The notes: generated by a model not told the origin, from the sequence alone. A DNA stretch of 64,000 nt from Acidobacteriota bacterium (GCA_963664705.1 OY761556.1:4928001-4992000); one strand, 5' to 3'. Numbered from the stretch's first letter, positions 20,274 to 30,584 are shown. A program made the numbers and translations.

Positions 20274-21248
20274 GTGGCAAGGATACTGACCTATACACAA
20301 GCCATTCGGGAGGCGCAGGACATTGAAATGGCTCGCGATCCCAACGTCTTTATCTGTGGCGAAGATGTAGGCGCTTTTGGCAGCGCCTTCGGACAGACGG
20401 CGGGTCTGCAGAAAAAGTACGGTCCCATGCGGGTACTGGATACGCCCCTGAGCGAGACGGCGATCACCAGCCTTGGTGTCGGCGCTGCCGCCGTGGGCCT
20501 GCGCCCTATCGTAGTCCACGATTTCATGGACTTCATGGGCGTCTGCATGGACGAAATCCTCAACCAGGTTTCCAAACTGGCCTGGATGGTTGCGGGCCAG
20601 ACAAAGCTGTCCATGGTCATACGAGCTCAGGCGGGCGCCGGCATCAACGCCGCGGCTCAACACTCGCAAAGTCTCGAATCATTTTTCACGCACATGCCGG
20701 GCATCAAAGTCGTCGCTTCATCCAATCCTGCGGATATGAAGGGCCTTTTGGAATCAGCCATACGGGACGATAACCCCGTCCTCGTCATTGAAAACAAGAC
20801 CCTCCTGGGTATGGAGGGGGATGTCCCAGAAGGGGAATATCTTGTTCCCATCGGCAAAGCCAATGTGGCTCGCGAAGGCACGGATGTGACCATCGTGTCG
20901 TACGGCATGATGGTGAATAAATGCCTGAGCGCTGCGAAGACGCTGGCTTCCGAAGGCCTTAATGTGGAGGTCATCGATATCCGTAGTCTTATCCCTTTGG
21001 ATAAGGAAACCATTTTCCGCTCTCTGGCCAAGACCAATCGACTTGTAATCGTGCACGAGGCGATCGGCTGCACGGGCTATGGGGCCGAGATTTCCGCGAT
21101 TGTGGCCGAGGAGGCGCTTGATTATCTGGACGCCCCTATCGTGCGCGTCGCCGCGCCTTTTACCCATTGTCCGTTCTCTCCTACGCTGGAACAGGAATTC
21201 GTGCCGAACGAGGCGAAAATCATTCGTGCAGTCAAATCGTTGCTTTAG
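20274..21248 (+). CDS. 2-oxoacid/acetoin dehydrogenase E1 beta subunit
   Basis: GEDVG, DTPLSE, AAAQHSQS, IRDDNPV, EVIDIRSL motifs. Confidence 0.95.
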   Translation: MARILTYTQAIREAQDIEMARDPNVFICGEDVGAFGSAFGQTAGLQKKYGPMRVLDTPLSETAITSLGVGAAAVGLRPIVVHDFMDFMGVCMDEILNQVSKLAWMVAGQTKLSMVIRAQAGAGINAAAQHSQSLESFFTHMPGIKVVASSNPADMKGLLESAIRDDNPVLVIENKTLLGMEGDVPEGEYLVPIGKANVAREGTDVTIVSYGMMVNKCLSAAKTLASEGLNVEVIDIRSLIPLDKETIFRSLAKTNRLVIVHEAIGCTGYGAEISAIVAEEALDYLDAPIVRVAAPFTHCPFSPTLEQEFVPNEAKIIRAVKSLL

Positions 21249-21292
21249 GTCTCAGACCGGCAGATGCAGAAAAGGATAAGGTAGGGATTGAT

Positions 21293-22504
21293 ATGGCTGT
21301 CGAAATATTAATGCCCAAACTCGGGTTAACCATGAAAACCGGTACCGTTCTCAAATGGTTGAAGGAGGAGGGCGATGAAGTTGCTGCGACCGAGCCCGTG
21401 CTCGAAATCGAAACGGAGAAACTCAGCCATCAGATTGAGAGTCCGGCGGACGGCGTCCTTTTAAAGAGAATCGCCATTGAAGGGGAGCGCTATCCCGTTG
21501 CCTTCGTCGTGGGCTATATCGGCCAGCCCGGTGAGCAGATCGCAGCCGGGGTTGCGGCGGATATTTCTATCGGAGCTGCGTCGCCAAATAGGGAAACCGC
21601 GCCGTTGCGTACCCAGGTCCCTAATGCCTCGCAAGGTGGGCGTGTCTTTATTTCTCCTGTGGCCAGAAAGCTGGCCGCTGATCTAGGTCTTGATTACCGA
21701 CAGATCCCGGGTACGGGCCCCAACGGACGCATCGTTAAGGCAGATGTTCAAAAATACGCGGACGCGCAGCAGGCGGCGCGCGCACCGATCGCTCACCCGG
21801 AGCCGGATGAGGCCGATACCGTGATCCCATGCAGCGGGATGCGATGTACCATCGGAACCAATATGCTCCAAGCCTGGACGACCATACCCATGGTCACGCA
21901 TCACGTTATGGCAGATGCAACTGCGCTGCTGGGCTATCGCGAGATGCTCAACCGCGGCGTTACGGATAAAGGTGACCAGGTATCTATCAACGATCTTCTC
22001 CTGAAGTTAACCGCAGTGGCACTGGAGAAAATACCCATCGTCAATTCCTCACTTGCGGGGAACAACATTGTCCTGCACAAGCGTGTACATCTTGGCATGG
22101 CCACGGCTTTGGATAATGGCTTGATCGTCCCGGTCATTCGGGATGCCAACCGGAAAAACCTGCTGGCGCTCAGCCGGGAGGCAAAAGATCTGGCTGCCCG
22201 GGCCAGGAAAGGGAGCCTTGGTCTGGATGAAATTCAGGGCGCGACCTTCACCGTTTCCAATCTGGGCGGCTACGGGTCGGTCGATCTCTTTACTCCTATT
22301 ATCAACCCGCCGCAGGCCGGCATCCTCGGGATCGGTCGCATAATCGAAACCGCCGTGCCCGTGGAGGGGGAAGTTCGGATCCGGCCTCAAATCGGGCTTT
22401 CCTTCACCTACGATCACCGGATCATGGACGGCGCCGTTGCCGCTGAATTTATTCGCAAACTGATGCAACTTCTGGAAAATCCGGCACGCTCCGTGCTTCT
22501 GTAG
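21293..22504 (+). CDS. Dihydrolipoamide acyltransferase E2
   Basis: Lipoyl domain MPKLG...ETEKL, E3-binding SPVARKLA...GTGPNGRI, catalytic DHRIMDG. Confidence 0.95.
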   Translation: MAVEILMPKLGLTMKTGTVLKWLKEEGDEVAATEPVLEIETEKLSHQIESPADGVLLKRIAIEGERYPVAFVVGYIGQPGEQIAAGVAADISIGAASPNRETAPLRTQVPNASQGGRVFISPVARKLAADLGLDYRQIPGTGPNGRIVKADVQKYADAQQAARAPIAHPEPDEADTVIPCSGMRCTIGTNMLQAWTTIPMVTHHVMADATALLGYREMLNRGVTDKGDQVSINDLLLKLTAVALEKIPIVNSSLAGNNIVLHKRVHLGMATALDNGLIVPVIRDANRKNLLALSREAKDLAARARKGSLGLDEIQGATFTVSNLGGYGSVDLFTPIINPPQAGILGIGRIIETAVPVEGEVRIRPQIGLSFTYDHRIMDGAVAAEFIRKLMQLLENPARSVLL

Positions 22505-22538
22505 ACCGGAAGCGCCGACACCAACTGCAGTAGAGGAC

Positions 22539-23528
22539 ATGCGATACATAGAAAGCCCCTCGACCGACCCGGCCTTCAACCTGGCGCTCGAGCAATATCT
22601 GTTTGATACCCTGTCCTGCAATGAAGAGTACTTCATGCTCTGGCAGAACAGGGATTCCGTCATCATTGGCCTGCACCAGAATACGGCAGAAGAGATAAAC
22701 CAGGCCTATATCACTCAACACCACATTCCCGTCATCCGGCGTCTGTCGGGCGGCGGTGCCGTATTTCACGATTTGGGCAATATCAATTACTCTTTTGTTA
22801 CCCCGGCTCCGGATATTGGCAAATTGGACTACAGGTTCTTTTGCCAACCCATTATCGAGGCTCTTGAGGACTTTGGCCTTCGCGCGGAAACCAGCGGTCG
22901 AAACGATATAACCATCGACGGCAAAAAGTTTTCCGGCAATGCCCGGTATCTGCGCGGCGGCCGCCTGATGCACCACGGCACGATCCTGTTTGACACCGAT
23001 TTGGAAAAAATGGCGGAGGCCCTGCGCGTGCCGGAGGACAAGATCTTTTCAAAAGGTATAAAGTCCGTTCGCGCTCGAGTAACCAACCTCCGAGGCTATT
23101 TGCCCCGCAATCTGACTGCGCTGGAATTTCTGGCATTTCTGCACACCAGCATAGCCGGAAAGAGGGACATGTCCGCCTATACCATGACCGGGCAGGATTG
23201 GGATGCCGTGGAAGCGCTGCGACTTCGACGCTATGTGAACTGGGAATGGAACTACGGTCAGTCGCCGGATTACCGTATCAAAAAGCGCCGGCGCCTGCCC
23301 GGCTTCGGAGATATCCGGGTCAGCATGCAGGTGGAAAACGGCAGAATTACAGCTTTCGCAACCGACGGAGATTATTTCGGCTCCAGGCCCTGCGCCGATA
23401 TAGCCGCCGCGTTGATCAACACCAGGCTGGAAGAGAAGGCTTTGCTGGAGGTATTGGCCACTGTTCCGCTGGAGGAATTCTACGAAGGGCTTTCCCGGAA
23501 TGAATTTATCCGCCTCCTTCTCGAATAA
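22539..23528 (+). CDS. lplA: Lipoate-protein ligase A
   Basis: FNLALEQY, RRLSGGGAVFHDLGN, GRND..KKFSGNA, HHGT, WEWNYG. Confidence 0.93.
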   Translation: MRYIESPSTDPAFNLALEQYLFDTLSCNEEYFMLWQNRDSVIIGLHQNTAEEINQAYITQHHIPVIRRLSGGGAVFHDLGNINYSFVTPAPDIGKLDYRFFCQPIIEALEDFGLRAETSGRNDITIDGKKFSGNARYLRGGRLMHHGTILFDTDLEKMAEALRVPEDKIFSKGIKSVRARVTNLRGYLPRNLTALEFLAFLHTSIAGKRDMSAYTMTGQDWDAVEALRLRRYVNWEWNYGQSPDYRIKKRRRLPGFGDIRVSMQVENGRITAFATDGDYFGSRPCADIAAALINTRLEEKALLEVLATVPLEEFYEGLSRNEFIRLLLE

Positions 23529-23570
23529 TCAGTGCGTATGGAAATTCAGTACCGGTTTTGATTCACAGCC

Positions 23571-23645
23571 GCGTTCTTTCGCCCCTGCCGGGGCTCGTTT
23601 ATTCCGTGATCAAGAACCAGGGGTTCGCTTCGCTCACCCCTGGCT
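23571..23645 (+). repeat. REP-like repeat, left half (interrupted by IS; right half 25188-25212)
   Basis: TTCTTTCGCCCCTGCCGGGGC...CCAGGGGTTCGCTTCGCTCACCCCTGGCT rejoins ACTTTCTATCGGGCCTCCGGCCC after IS removal, matching the intact copy at 2321-2420. Confidence 0.85.
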
Positions 23646-23736
23646 GATATGGAGTGATCGGTCAAGTACAATCAATCCGTTCCTTGTTCGTTCATTTTGG
23701 TTTTCTTCGGTTCATAAATAAATCAGCCAGTAAAAA

Positions 23737-23919
23737 GAACAGGGGATCGAGTTGGCAACAGCGACGATAATCAATCTGATATTCGCGGGTCGATAAGCAC
23801 GCATGACAACTGATTCATCGGGAGCGGCCTCACTCTACTTCCGTGGATTCTGGTTTCCCATACCAACATAGCCAGGTCGAGGTTTCTCCTTTCGAAGCCT
23901 GGAACTCGATCTCCTGTTC
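23737..23919 (-). ncRNA. Predicted bridge RNA / seekRNA of the IS1111-type element
   Basis: 17-bp enclosing stem (23737-53/23903-19, one mismatch); segments matching target (23869-76, 23835-42) and circle junction (23775-82). Confidence 0.7.
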
Positions 23920-23991
23920 CGTTCACTAACCGAATGTTTCCGTTATTAATCCATTGAAGAACAAAATAGCTGCAAGAGCTGGTGCCTTATG

Positions 23992-25086
23992 TCATGCAAC
24001 ACGACCGATAGCCCAGATAAATCCTGCCAATTCTCGACTTACCGCAACCGCGATCTTTTGTCTTTCTTTCCCTCGGTTGAGCATGCGTCGGAATTTTTGA
24101 TTCAATCGCTTATCGCAACGTTGTGCAATCTCGATAACTTCTGCCGGCAAACACTCTCGTCGTTTCTTGAGAGTCTTGCCAGCTACTGAAGAATGACGGT
24201 AGTGCCAGGCGCTTTCGATCAGCACCCTACGTAGGTGGCTGTTTCCCGTTTTGGTTATCCTTCCCCGTCTTTCAAGTTCACCTGAGCTGCTTTCCGAAGG
24301 CACCACCCCAATAGCGGCCATAAACGAAGGCGCATCGACGAACCGTCTTAAATCGAGCGCTTCTGCGATAATCGTCATCGCCGTCAGAACCTGAACACCT
24401 TTTAGCGCCATCAAATAGCTGACTCGCTTTTGATAGTTCGGCTGTTTTGCAACTTCCTCGATTTTTCCCTGGAATGTTTTCAACCGCTCCGTCTGTTGCT
24501 CAAGCGCCTGTCGATATTCCTCCAGTACTGTTTGATCCCCATCATCCTCAAACACAAGGCTCTAAATCCACTTTAGGTGCCCAAGCGACCAGTTCTTGCC
24601 CTGCGGATATTTCAATCCACGTCGCATCAGAAACCGTGCTAATCGATGCCGTGCTCGCTGCTGGTCTTCCAATGCGTCTTCTCGCGCACGCACCAGATCT
24701 CGCAGACTTTCCTGTTCTTTTTGCGGGATCACAATACATGTTAGTTCTCCCGCTCGGTACAATTTGCCCAAGGCTTTCGCATCCAGCTTATCCGTTTTTA
24801 CTTTTTTCCCCGCTCGTCTCGGAGTCAACGAAGGGGCCGCAACCTCACAAGAAATCCCATGTTTGGCCAAATAGCGCTGCAAATAGTATCCATTAACGCC
24901 CGCTTCGTAGACGCACCGTACATCATCTTCAAATGCCCTTAGCTTTTTCGCTAACCGACCCAGCCCCGTACTGTCGTTTGATACAACAAGTTCTTCTCGA
25001 GGGTTACTTTCCTGCCCGCGAAAAATTGCGACGTTTATCTTTTTTGCTGAATCATCCATCCCTACCCAAGTGATACAATCTGCCAT
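23992..25086 (-). pseudogene. IS110 DEDD transposase/recombinase with in-frame TAG at 24562-24564 (codon 175)
   Basis: VGMD, YEAG, KTDKLDA RuvC residues; GVVPSESSSG and GRITKTGNSHLR Tnp20 motifs; both ORF halves in the same frame. Confidence 0.9.
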
Positions 25087-25394
25087 GATCGGTCTCCTCA
25101 TGTTTTATGGCTCTGCAGCTTCGTCACCACGACTTCAGCTGTAACCCACGATATTACATGCTAGAGACCGATCACTCCATTATGTCTACTTTCTATCGGG
25201 CCTCCGGCCCTTGCAAATCGCAGCCATTTCTGGGCGATTTTAGACGGGTCTGACTTTCTGAGGTTGCCTCCCCGGCTGAGGGACCTAAAACAGGCCACAT
25301 ATTTCGGATCGTGCCGCGACCGGGTCCTCTATTTATCAGCATTGCTGGAGTTCGCTTGGCATTTCTCCCAAATCGATAAAGTCAACGCATGCCC

Positions 25395-25435
25395 AGCGCC
25401 GAAGGCGCGCCAGAAAGTAGACATAATGGAGTGAT
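25395..25435 (+). mobile_element. Half REP plus orphan left-end remnant of a second IS copy
   Basis: AGAAAGT-AGACATA-ATGGAGTGAT (25412-25435) is the exact 24-nt reverse complement of 25171-25194, preceded by REP hairpin AGCGCCGAAGGCGCGCC. Confidence 0.75.
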
Positions 25436-25492
25436 TCAGGACATCCACAGAGCCGCGGATGCCTCTAATGGACACAGGGGCAAAGGAGATGG

Positions 25493-27223
25493 TTACCTGT
25501 TTCTTTTCCGGTCCTTCTTTTTAACTTTCCTGGCTATCTTTTTTGCGTCTGGATGCATCTCTTCTCTGGCGTATTCCAGACGTGATATTTCCAATTGTCG
25601 TCCGGACACCCAGACTTTTTTCAGCATATTAAAAATATCTTTGGGCATTCCTTTCGGCAGGTCAACCGTGCTGTATTCGTCGTAGATTTTGATCTGGCCT
25701 ATGTGCTTATTGGACAAGCCCGCTTCATTTGCAATCGCGCCGACAATGTTGGCCGGTTTCACGCCATGAATATGTCCGACCTCAATGCAAAATCGTTCCA
25801 TTCCGGCTTCGACAGTGTCTCTTGGCGAGTTTCGCCTGGCGCGAGGCTTATTCTCGTGGGATTTGTCTTCGGAAGCCGGTTCATGTTTTCTGGGCTTGTC
25901 TGCCAGCAATAGGGGTTTGTCTCCCTGCAGCATTCTGGCCAGCGCAGCCGCGGTATCCAGTGGAGACACATCGTGGTCTCGGCAATACTGGTCGAGAAGA
26001 CTGGAAAAAAAATCGGTATCGCCGGCCGCCAGCGTATCGGTAATGGCCTGTTTGAAGCGGGCGATGCGCTGATTGTTGATTGCTTCTGTAGACGGCAGCT
26101 TCATCATATCGATTTTCTGGCGCGTTGCTTTCTCGATCGCCTTCAGCATGAACTTTTCACGGGGACCCACAAAAAGTATCGCATCTCCACTGCGGCCAGC
26201 CCGACCCGTGCGGCCCACGCGATGCACATAGGATTCCGCATCATAGGGAATGTCGTAATTGATCACATGGCTGATGCGGTCTACGTCAAGCCCGCGGGCG
26301 GCCACATCCGTCGCCACCAGTATGTCCACTTTGCCTGATTTCAGCTGAGCGATTGTCCGCTCGCGCGTATTTTGAGCAATATCGCCATTGAGCGGCGCAC
26401 AGGTATACCCTCTTGCCTCCAACTTCTCCGCCAGCTCGACGGTAGCTGTTTTTGTCCGCACGAAAATGATGATTCCCTCAAACGGCTCCGATTCAAGTAT
26501 TCGTGTCAATGCATCAAGCTTATGCATGCCATCAACCAGCCAGAACCGGTGCCGGATGGTGTCCGCCGTTATCGTGCGGACCTTGATCGTCACTTCAACC
26601 GGGTCCTTCAAATACTTCTGCGCGATACGCTTAATAGCCGAGGGAATCGTTGCGGAGAACAGCGTGATCTGCCGGTCCCCGGGGGTCTGCCCCAAAATCC
26701 ACTCCACGTCATCGATAAATCCCATGCGCAGCATTTCATCGGCCTCATCAAGCACAAGACACGTGAGGGCCTGCAGATTCAAAGTCCCGCGGCGCATGTG
26801 ATCCATGATACGGCCGGGTGTTCCCACAATAACGTGCACCCCTCGTCTGAGCTGCCTGAGCTGAACGTCGTAGCTCTGCCCGCCATAGACCGGCAGGACG
26901 TGAAATGCTTTCAGGTGAGAGGCATACCGTTGGAACGCCTCAGCCACCTGGATTGCCAATTCGCGCGTGGGAGTAAGCACCAGCACTTGCGGCTCAATTC
27001 TTTTCAGGTCGATGCGCGACAGCAGCGGCAAAGCAAATGCGGCGGTTTTGCCCGTACCGGTCTGCGCCTGCCCCAGAACATCCTTGCCCGAAAGCAAAAG
27101 CGGAATTATCTGCGACTGGATTGGAGTGGGTATTTCATAGCCCACGTCTCCAAGCGCCTTCAGCACAGGATTGATAAGGCCAAATTCCTGAAAACTCATT
27201 TGAGGCAGCGTCGCATCGGACAT
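25493..27223 (-). CDS. deaD: DEAD-box RNA helicase DeaD/CsdA
   Basis: AQTGTGKT, PTRELA, DEAD, SAT, ARGLD, HRVGRTGRAG, C-terminal DbpA RNA-binding domain. Confidence 0.95.
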   Translation of the reverse strand: MSDATLPQMSFQEFGLINPVLKALGDVGYEIPTPIQSQIIPLLLSGKDVLGQAQTGTGKTAAFALPLLSRIDLKRIEPQVLVLTPTRELAIQVAEAFQRYASHLKAFHVLPVYGGQSYDVQLRQLRRGVHVIVGTPGRIMDHMRRGTLNLQALTCLVLDEADEMLRMGFIDDVEWILGQTPGDRQITLFSATIPSAIKRIAQKYLKDPVEVTIKVRTITADTIRHRFWLVDGMHKLDALTRILESEPFEGIIIFVRTKTATVELAEKLEARGYTCAPLNGDIAQNTRERTIAQLKSGKVDILVATDVAARGLDVDRISHVINYDIPYDAESYVHRVGRTGRAGRSGDAILFVGPREKFMLKAIEKATRQKIDMMKLPSTEAINNQRIARFKQAITDTLAAGDTDFFSSLLDQYCRDHDVSPLDTAAALARMLQGDKPLLLADKPRKHEPASEDKSHENKPRARRNSPRDTVEAGMERFCIEVGHIHGVKPANIVGAIANEAGLSNKHIGQIKIYDEYSTVDLPKGMPKDIFNMLKKVWVSGRQLEISRLEYAREEMHPDAKKIARKVKKKDRKRNR

Positions 27224-27395
27224 AAATACTCCCAGATCCCCAGCATAATTTTGCATTTTCGGGTAGCCCGAATCAATTTCAGCAAAGCAGCCCCTGGATC
27301 GCTTGCGAATACTCATCGCGGGGGTGGCGGCGCTGGATCGCTAGTCAATAGGGTGCTCTAAAGAAAACAAGTGGCGCCCACAATTCGGGCAATAG

Positions 27396-28853
27396 TTACC
27401 CATCCTGCTTGCCGAGATACCTCAAGGCGTTCTTCCCCGCGAGACGCCCCGAGTTCATGGCGAAGCAGGAGGAAAGCCCGGTAGAAGACCGGATACTGTA
27501 GCTGTCGCCGTACATCCCTCCGGCGTCAAAGCCGCCCGCGTAAAGTCCGGGCACAATCTGGTCTTCCTTGTCCACAACTTCGGTTTTTTCGTTTATCTTG
27601 ATCCCCCCCATGGTCCCCAAAAAAACAGTCTGGGTTTTAACGGCGTAAAACCGTGGACCACGAATGGGTCTCAAGTAACGCGGGTTCTTGGCAAAGAGCT
27701 CGTCATGTCCCTGGTCGCAATAGCGGTTGTATTGCTCCACCGTGGCTTGCAGCTTGACGGGGTCGACTTGTATGAGAGCAGCGAGACCGGCAATGGAATC
27801 TGCCTGATAGACATCGTCGGGACGGGTCGTGGGCGCTTCCTCGAGTTCCCTGGCAAGGTTGGTCAGGCGCGATCCGGGTGGAAAATCTAGCGCCATTGCC
27901 TTATCAATGCCCCTTTCAGCGAGCTGCCGGACGATTGAGGTATCGAAGATGCTATAGCCACAGCCCTTGTTCTGTTTAATGGAAGCATTTCCCATTGACG
28001 TGTCGTCGAATGTGACCGTCTCATCACAGAACCTTTCGCCCCGAGTGTTGATCCACAGATCGGGTTGGACTACGGCAAACCCGACTTCGGTCATGGTACC
28101 GGGACGATCCCGGCTGGTTCTGAGCATCTCGATGACGGTGATCCCTTCCGAGGCCGCACCGATATCGTGAGCCATGCGGATGCCATCGCCCATTTTTTCC
28201 TCGTTTCCGACCGGAAATAGATTCACTTCGAGATCAAGGCCTGTGTACCTTTTAATCCATTCGGCGTTGTTGGCATAGCCGCCGCTGGCCACGAAAACCA
28301 CCCGGGCGTCTACACGCACCTCTTCGCCGTTTTCCTCCACGATAATTCCTGCGACGCGGCCGCTTTCCACTATGATTTTCTTGACGGGGGTTGACGTCTT
28401 GATCGTAACCCCTTTTCCAACCGCATGGGCACTCAAGGCCTTAACCACATCTTCGCCGGAGTTTTTAACCAGGTGATAGGTTTGCGGAGCGCCGGGGATA
28501 TTGGTTACTACATCGGTGAAGACAACGCCTCTCTCCTGCAGCCAGGGGATGGTGTTGGCCGATTCATTTACAATAGCTCTCACGAGACGCGCGTTGGCGA
28601 GCCAATGGCTGTATTCCATAATATTCTGAAAGGCTTCATCCCGGCTGTAAGCAATGCATTTTCTCCGCTGCATCTCGCTTTCTGCCGCAAAGGTCCCCCT
28701 AAAGTTGAAGGAAGTGCCTCCAATGGTTGGCCTCTTTTCGAAAACCGCCACTTTCGCACCTGCTTCGGCGAGGGTTACTGCGGCTGTGAGCGCGCAGGCG
28801 CCCGAGCCGATCGTCACTGCATCGTATTCGCTTATGCGTTTCATCCTCTTCAC
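27396..28853 (-). CDS. FAD-dependent oxidoreductase, FAD_binding_2 (fumarate reductase flavoprotein / KstD-like)
   Basis: IGSGxxxLTAA Rossmann motif, ASGGY, GDGI, TMGG, PGLYAGG. Confidence 0.88.
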   Translation of the reverse strand: MKRMKRISEYDAVTIGSGACALTAAVTLAEAGAKVAVFEKRPTIGGTSFNFRGTFAAESEMQRRKCIAYSRDEAFQNIMEYSHWLANARLVRAIVNESANTIPWLQERGVVFTDVVTNIPGAPQTYHLVKNSGEDVVKALSAHAVGKGVTIKTSTPVKKIIVESGRVAGIIVEENGEEVRVDARVVFVASGGYANNAEWIKRYTGLDLEVNLFPVGNEEKMGDGIRMAHDIGAASEGITVIEMLRTSRDRPGTMTEVGFAVVQPDLWINTRGERFCDETVTFDDTSMGNASIKQNKGCGYSIFDTSIVRQLAERGIDKAMALDFPPGSRLTNLARELEEAPTTRPDDVYQADSIAGLAALIQVDPVKLQATVEQYNRYCDQGHDELFAKNPRYLRPIRGPRFYAVKTQTVFLGTMGGIKINEKTEVVDKEDQIVPGLYAGGFDAGGMYGDSYSIRSSTGLSSCFAMNSGRLAGKNALRYLGKQDG

Positions 28854-29013
28854 CTCTCAGCATATTTTGCCCGCACGGATTTGGGCATAATGGAATTATG
28901 ACTGCAGTATATAAGGCCTATTCGACACGGAAATCAACTAATGTAGTAAGTCAGAAGTCCTTTATCATTCGGAAATCATGTTTTAGCCGCGGAGGCGCTC
29001 ATCCTCGCCAGGA

Positions 29014-30489
29014 TTATTTATGCACTATCGCAAAGTCGATCCATCCATTGGGTACGCTCACCTCTACCAGCCTGGCTCGGCAGCGATCTCCGACGTCGAG
29101 TCCCTGCTCTCCCCGTACCACCTTTCCTTCCACCGGCGGTCGCATAATCCGAATCCAGGTTCCCTTATCCGAAGCTCCTGTGACAATCGCATCAAAGGTT
29201 TCTCCGATATGTTTTGAAAGCAGTGCCGCACCGGCAGATTTGCGCACCTGCCGCTCCACCTTATCTGCTTCGTTCTCTCGTTCGGTACAATGGGATGCAA
29301 GTGCCTCCAAATCTCCAACTGGAGGAGGTGCCGCACCGGAAAGAGCGGCCTTGAGCAGCCTATGGGTAACAAGGTCGGGATAGCGGCGATTGGGGGCTGT
29401 GGAATGACTGTAATCACGCACGGCCAGACCAAAATGTCCCAACGGAGCTTGCCCCGGTGTTTCCAGCATATACTCGCCTCGGCCCAGCAGCTTCACGACG
29501 GTTAATGACAGATCCGGAAATCTCAATGGATCCCTGGCCTTTTCTTTTGCCAAGAACCGATTGAGCGCCCTTGCGTCAGGTTCAGCCGGCAGGTCGCTTC
29601 CCAGGTTTTCGGCAGTGGCGACAATGCGCTGCCATCTTTCCGGAGAACGCACCACGCGACGGAATGTGGGAAATCCTTTCTTCATCAGGTAGCGCGCAGT
29701 GACTCCGTTGGCTGCGACCATGAGATCTTCAATCAGTTCCTGCGCGCGGTTTTGTGACTCTGCAACAAGATCCACCACCACTTCATTTTCCATGACCGCG
29801 CGAGACTGCATTGTTTCGAGGTCCAGCGCACCATGCTCATGTCTTGCCATTCGAAGTCGCTGGGCGGCGGCATCCTGTGTCCGGAGCTGGGCATCCAATC
29901 CCGCCACCCTGGCTGCCTCCGGAGGCAACGGCGCTTTCCCTTCCAACCAGGCTGCCACGGCGTTGTAGGTGAGTTTGGCCTTATTCCGAACCCACGCCTG
30001 GTAAACGCGGGGTTCTCCGACAGAGCCGTCGGGCCCGACGACGAATTCAAAGACGAAGGCTTGGCGGTCTTCGTTGGCATTCAGCGAAGTCAGATCCCAG
30101 GAAAGACGCTCGGGAAACATAGGGAAGATGCGTACGCCTGTATAAACGGAGGTGGTGTTGTAGCGCGCGTGGCGGTCCAGTGGCGTATCTCTTTGTACCA
30201 GAGCGTCCACGTCAGCCACCCCGACCAATATCTTCGTTCGCCCGTCAGGCAGATCCTCCGAAACAGTGACCTGGTCCAGATCCCGCGAATCATCGTTGTC
30301 AATGGAACACCAGGGAAGATCCGTCAAGTCATCAAGCCGGTCGGAGCGGTTTTTGACCGGTTCACGCATTGAGGCCGCTTGCTCAAAAGCCGCTTTGGGA
30401 AAATTTGCTTCGAATCCATGTGATGCCATGGCTTCGATGGCGATTTGCTGGAGGTTGTAGGTTCTGTCCGAGTGATTATGATTATTCAT
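29014..30489 (-). CDS. RNB-domain ribonuclease (RNase II/R family)
   Basis: SIDNDDSRDLDQ, HFGL...YSHSTAPNRRYPDL motifs. Confidence 0.92.
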   Translation of the reverse strand: MNNHNHSDRTYNLQQIAIEAMASHGFEANFPKAAFEQAASMREPVKNRSDRLDDLTDLPWCSIDNDDSRDLDQVTVSEDLPDGRTKILVGVADVDALVQRDTPLDRHARYNTTSVYTGVRIFPMFPERLSWDLTSLNANEDRQAFVFEFVVGPDGSVGEPRVYQAWVRNKAKLTYNAVAAWLEGKAPLPPEAARVAGLDAQLRTQDAAAQRLRMARHEHGALDLETMQSRAVMENEVVVDLVAESQNRAQELIEDLMVAANGVTARYLMKKGFPTFRRVVRSPERWQRIVATAENLGSDLPAEPDARALNRFLAKEKARDPLRFPDLSLTVVKLLGRGEYMLETPGQAPLGHFGLAVRDYSHSTAPNRRYPDLVTHRLLKAALSGAAPPPVGDLEALASHCTERENEADKVERQVRKSAGAALLSKHIGETFDAIVTGASDKGTWIRIMRPPVEGKVVRGEQGLDVGDRCRARLVEVSVPNGWIDFAIVHK

Positions 30490-30584
30490 TAGATGCTGCT
30501 TTCGAGATATGAACTCATGGATTCCGGTACTCGATGCAAGGCCTAAAGGCGCAACATTAAGTGAGACACGGAGGTATCCCGCTG

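Larger units (their letters stand above)
23646..25187 (-). mobile_element. IS110-family element, IS1111 type
   Basis: Perfect 15-bp subterminal inverted repeats ATGGAGTGATCGGTC (23649-23663, 25166-25180), 3 and 7 nt from the ends; CT core at both junctions; ~340-nt non-coding region 3' of tnp; circle junction makes TTGACC-N17-CATAAT. Confidence 0.92.

Noticed and set aside
24562-24564. Programmed amber read-through (pyrrolysine) in the transposase
   Set aside because: No pyl genes in the window; a nonsense mutation or sequence error is simpler
26372-27361. 329-aa plus-strand ORF
   Set aside because: Antisense shadow of deaD
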